A stretch of DNA of 64,000 bases from a bacterium. Its GTDB lineage: Bacteria; SAR324; NAC60-12. Under the pieces are notes generated by a model. That model made no database searches. It was not told the DNA's origin and was given only the letters and a program-made list of their open reading frames with translations. Numbering within the stretch: position 1 is the stretch's first letter; each line of letters opens with the position of its first letter. This document shows, piece after piece, positions 59,994 through 64,000 of this stretch. A program made the translations under genes and the position numbers. The DNA lies in the NCBI GenBank assembly GCA_965209155.1, contig OZ242383.1:1696001-1760000 (forward strand). Direction: 5' to 3'.

Positions 59994-60550
59994 GCAGGTG
60001 TTTTTCAGAGCCATTGGAATTTGTCCCCACCCCTTGGTTTCAGGTACTTTGCCCCGACTGTCCGGAATTGAAGGGTACAGGAAGTATAAATGCTCTCTTT
60101 CGACTGTTGAAATTATACCAATGACCACTTTTTTTACAATGGGCAGTTTCCAGTCGTAAGTGCAACGAAGGGAGAGCACAGGTTCTCCCAGGTTCTGGCA
60201 CTACCCCCGAAAGCGCATGTCGCGCTCTTCGACCCCGGCACTGTCCCCATACCAGCCTTAATGCGCACCAGAACTGCTGCCTTTGGAATCGAAGAACTTG
60301 TTTTCAGATGAACAGGCCTCTCATTCGCGCATCAGTGCGTTACATGAAAAATCGTCCCGGACAGTTTGAATACAAAACAGTTATTGATCAATAACTCCCT
60401 GTCTGCTTTGGAAAAATTGAAATCGCCCATCGTTCCCTCATCCAAAAACGGCAAAAAAACACACTGCGGTGAATCTCCGTGCATACCCTCTGTGTCATTC
60501 CCGCGATAACGGACATCCAGGGTCGATCAAGCTGCAGGATTTTTTCGAGA

Positions 60551-60900
60551 TTATATACAAAGGTTAACAGTGATTTTTCTCTGATAAAATCCGTTCCTGT
60601 GATTCGCAGGGTTCCCGATTCGTTCATAGAGCTCCCGTCCCAGGTGTTCGTTCAGTTCCGCCTTCATTAATTTGGAAAGATAAATACCAACTTGATTGCT
60701 GAAATCCACTCGCAACCGCTCCAATAATTCATCCGGGCTTTGAAGAGTATTGAACATTTCTCTGAATTCCGTTACGGTCAATTCAAATTTCATGGGGCTT
60801 TCTCCTTATAGCAGGTTTATATTGGACATAATCAAACCTACCGGGAAAGTCCCATGGATTCAGGCCCTTCTCAATTTCACGCAATTTAATTTACACGATC
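60551..60900 (-). mobile_element. IS256-family 5' fragment
   Basis: LMKAELNEHLGRELYER...HRNGFY.R is typical of IS256 N-termini; truncated. Confidence 0.65.
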
Positions 60901-61063
60901 GCGGTTTCGAGGAGCGTGTGAAGTTTAATTCACTTCATTAGAAGCAGTAAAACAAGTGAAGACTTGGCCTCTCTACTCATTTTTTATGAATATCTTGTTG
61001 ATGATTTGAATAAAATATATTTCAGTAATTTAAATGTTTATAAGTAATCGGAGTTCAATTTTA

Positions 61064-61579
61064 ATGAAAACTATAATTTGCCTATTAACCGTTTTTTTGA
61101 TCGGTTACGCTCATGCTGCTGCTCATTCTGATGAAAATTCGACAATGGCTTATGAAGTGGTTGATCGAGAAACATTAAGGGAATTTGTTGAAGATTCCAA
61201 AATGCACTTAGAATATCACGTTGATGAAGTTTGGGATTTTCTCGATACAGAAGCGCGGATAGAAGGAGACTGGAAACATGAATCGATATACTTAGCCGTT
61301 TTGACTGATCGAGGTGATGTGGTGTTTCATGGTGCTCAACCAATGCTTGAAGGACAGAATTTATTTGAAGATGAGGATGCGCAAAATATCAAAATAGTCC
61401 AGGAATTAATCAAACAAGCAAAAGCAGGAGGTGGATATGTGGAATACTATTTTGATAATCCGGTAATAGAAGGAGATGAGGAAACGGGATCTCCTAAAGT
61501 TGATTATGCTACTTATCTCGATCTAATGCATCCAGATTTTGAACTTAAATTAATCATCATGTCCGGATTTTACAATTAG
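61064..61579 (+). CDS. Stand-alone exported single Cache-domain protein
   Basis: Signal peptide; GDW...IY+.V....G.V+FHG..P.L.G.N....D, GGGYVEYY+.NP, K..Y. Confidence 0.75.
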   Translation: MKTIICLLTVFLIGYAHAAAHSDENSTMAYEVVDRETLREFVEDSKMHLEYHVDEVWDFLDTEARIEGDWKHESIYLAVLTDRGDVVFHGAQPMLEGQNLFEDEDAQNIKIVQELIKQAKAGGGYVEYYFDNPVIEGDEETGSPKVDYATYLDLMHPDFELKLIIMSGFYN

Positions 61580-61589
61580 AGGAGCGCCC

Positions 61590-61718
61590 CTTCGCTTGGT
61601 TCGGGGGATTCAGAAGATTAGCCAAAGACCTTGAAATCCTCACAAACACTGCTGAAAATATGATTCGTATTGCCATGATCAAAGTGACCTTAGCAAAGTG
61701 TCTTATTTAACCAAACGG
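61590..61718 (+). mobile_element. IS5-family transposase C-terminal fragment
   Basis: FAWFGGFRRLAKDLEILTNTAENMIRIAMI; abuts the IS66 left end. Confidence 0.75.
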
Positions 61719-63197
61719 GTAACTATTTAGGTTACTTTAGAGCCCCCTTCAATTTAAGCACAGATTTTGCATGGCATAAAATCCAGGAAGGATTTTATGC
61801 TCTCGATAGTTCAAAAGTATATTAGTTCCATTTCATCGACAGCCCCCCTCGAGGCTCTTCAAGAAGCCTGTCAACTCTTTGAAAAAGAACGAGAACAGTG
61901 GAAGCAAGAGCGATTAGCACTCCTCAAACGTATTGAAGCTCTCGAAACAGAAAATAAGCAACTTCGGGATCAGTTGGCTCTCAACAGCCAAAACTCAAGT
62001 AAGCCTCCTTCCAGCGATCCAAGTCGAAAGAACAAAAGTTTGCGTAAAAGCAGGGGTCGCTCTCGCGGAGGTCAACCCGGTCATCAAGGCCATCATTTGC
62101 CTTTCAGTGAATCACCAGATCATGTGGAGCCTCATTTTGTCAGCACCTGTGAAGCCTGTGGAGAAGATTTATCCCAGGTGATGGTTGAGGCCCGGCATAA
62201 ACGCCAAGTGTTTGATCTTCCCCCGCTCCAATTAGAGGTCACCGAGCACCAGGTGGAACAAAAAATTTGTCCCTGCTGCCGGCATCTGAATCGCTCGAGC
62301 TTTCCAGCAGGGATAGAGGGACCCACTCAATATGGTCCCCGGATCAAAGGCTTAGCGGTTTATCTCAATCAATATCAGTTTCTGCCCTTTGATCGATGCC
62401 AGCAATTCTTTCCAAACAGAGCAAAGCCAAAAATTTACTCGATCGCTTGATCCTCTATGAAAAGGAAAGCTTGTTATTCATGGATGACTTCCGGGTTCCT
62501 TTTGACAACAACCAAGCCGAGCGAGATATACGCATGGTTAAATTGAAACAGAAAATCTCAGGCGGCTTCCGAACGGCTGAAGGATCGCAGGCTTTTTGTA
62601 CCATCCGAGGAGTTCTTTCCACTACCAGAAAACAGGGAAAACCCATCTTCGAGATGCTCACACAGGCTTTGTCTCTCCCGAATCCAGTCCGGGACAAGCT
62701 TTTACCTGTGCCTCCTTGTTACTGAAACTCCCCTTTTTTTAAACGTTTCGCCCCTTGCGGGCCAAACGTATTCCTGGCGAACATAGCATCGTCAATGCGA
62801 TTTTGTATGTCGTGAAAACGGGTTGTCAGTGGAGTATGCTCCTCAATGATTTACCTCCCTGGCAAAGCGTTTACGATCATTATCGCCATTGGAAAAAACA
62901 CTGGATTGTGGAGTGAACCTTCGCTTTTTGGCTCATGATCATAAAGAAGCGGATCTCCCTGATTGATAGATTTTTAATTTTTTTACGAATCCTGCATTTT
63001 TTTTTAATTTGGGGGTTGACATTATGCAAGTAGTAGTAGTGCTATAATCATACCATCACTGAGTTTTTTTAGTGAAAGAAGAGGGTTTCCGATCGATGGA
63101 ACAATATCGTGGGAGGACTTGAAAACGATCAGTCCTCTCTGGAAATTTTTTTCAACGTTATTTGACTAAACGGGTTTTCAGAGACCTGAATAGTTAC
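61719..63197 (+). mobile_element. IS66-family element with internally deleted transposase and nested IS5-derived segment
   Basis: Ends GTAACTATTTAGGT / ACCTGAATAGTTAC; NSQNSSKPPSSD, GGQPGHQG, RQVFDLP, QYGP; junction near 62410 to [21 protein letters not shown]; 62790-62915 encodes IS5-like IVNAILYVVKTGCQW..L.NDLPPWQSVY. Confidence 0.85.
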
Positions 63198-63226
63198 AAT
63201 TCAATAATATTTGATAGGAGATAATT

Positions 63227-64000
63227 ATGAAAAAGATAAAAAGCAGCTTGAAAATCATTAAAAAATTACTGGTCATTGCCTTAGCCATAGGGGTGACTTT
63301 GGGAAGCTTCGTCTTTTCAGCAACAGCAGAGGAACCGAAATACGGGGGGACGCTTACCGTTGCACCACCTGTTATACATTCTGGCAATTTTCCCCTCTCG
63401 TGGGACCCGGCGGACCATGACTTCAGCTTCAACGGTGTCGGCAAGGTCTATATGGATTCCCTACTAGGGGGAGACATAGATTGGCTCGGACCCAGAGGTA
63501 AAAATGTATATAGCTTTCAACTGAACGACGGCACGCCTCTCGATATGATTACAGGCCAGTTAGCCGAACGCTGGGAATTCACTAAAGAGGGGATGATCTT
63601 CCACCTGCGTAGAGGGATTCAATTCCAGGGGAAGCCGGGCGTAATGAAATCCAGAGAGATGACCGCTGATGATGTAGTGTTTAGCCTTAGACGTGCTATA
63701 GATAGCCCTAAAAGAACATTTAAGTATGGCTGGTATAAATCCATAGAAGTTGTGGATAAGTACACGGTTCTGGTCAAGATGAATTACCATTCTAGTAGAT
63801 ACGGGTGGGATTTTGCCTATGGATGGATGTCGATGATATATCCTAAAGAACTGGTGGATGCAGGTATTAAAGATTGGAAAAATCACCTTGGAACCGGACC
63901 CTTCGTCCTGACAGATTATGTCTCCGGTAGTTACCTGGCCTTTGACAGAAACGACAACTACTGGGACAGGACGGTAGTTGACGGGAAGGCGTATAAATAC
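63227..64000 (+). CDS. Family-5 ABC substrate-binding protein, runs off window end (absent from ORF track)
   Basis: AGGAG RBS; MKKIKSS...AEEPKYGGTL, GQLAERWE, F.LRRGI.F, REMTADDVVFS, GTGPF.L.DYV.GS, RNDNYW. Confidence 0.88.
   Translation, partial: MKKIKSSLKIIKKLLVIALAIGVTLGSFVFSATAEEPKYGGTLTVAPPVIHSGNFPLSWDPADHDFSFNGVGKVYMDSLLGGDIDWLGPRGKNVYSFQLNDGTPLDMITGQLAERWEFTKEGMIFHLRRGIQFQGKPGVMKSREMTADDVVFSLRRAIDSPKRTFKYGWYKSIEVVDKYTVLVKMNYHSSRYGWDFAYGWMSMIYPKELVDAGIKDWKNHLGTGPFVLTDYVSGSYLAFDRNDNYWDRTVVDGKAYKY

Noticed and set aside
58539..60071. 510-aa ORF on the + strand
   Set aside because: Exactly antisense to GC-rich hsdM with no motifs; a shadow ORF
59994..60179. N-terminal extension of HsdM in the ORF track
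   Set aside because: HsdM similarity begins at about 59993; the upstream part is AT-richer and unrelated

Overview
Bacterial (Gram-negative, diderm) chromosomal window. Housekeeping genes (ispF, tatA, a RelA/SpoT homologue, an ABC1 kinase, ybbAP/tesA-like genes, rsmE, aroQ, lptD, mgtE, csrA) alternate with two accessory, IS-scarred regions. Region 1 (~8.2-29.5 kb) is bracketed by higBA modules and IS66 right ends. It holds a 2111-aa sigma-54 activator (IS1595-type Zn-ribbon + Ser/Thr pseudokinase + STAND-type ATPase + GAF + PAS + EBP). Downstream lie a sigma-54-type promoter and an operon of sugar ABC transporter, oxidoreductase, two cupins and a split Tm-1-like pair, followed by hicBA, an Rpn gene and decayed paralogues. 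Region 2 (~47.4-64 kb) holds a type I R-M operon split by a peptide-ABC/ThuA/PhyH cassette between IS256 and ISAzo13 remnants, plus nested IS5/IS66 remnants. Non-coding DNA carries two MITE-like families that share REP-like hairpin cargo. Many accessory genes show clean internal deletions. I found no rRNA, tRNA or CRISPR array. All family calls come from motif recognition by eye; no database search was run.
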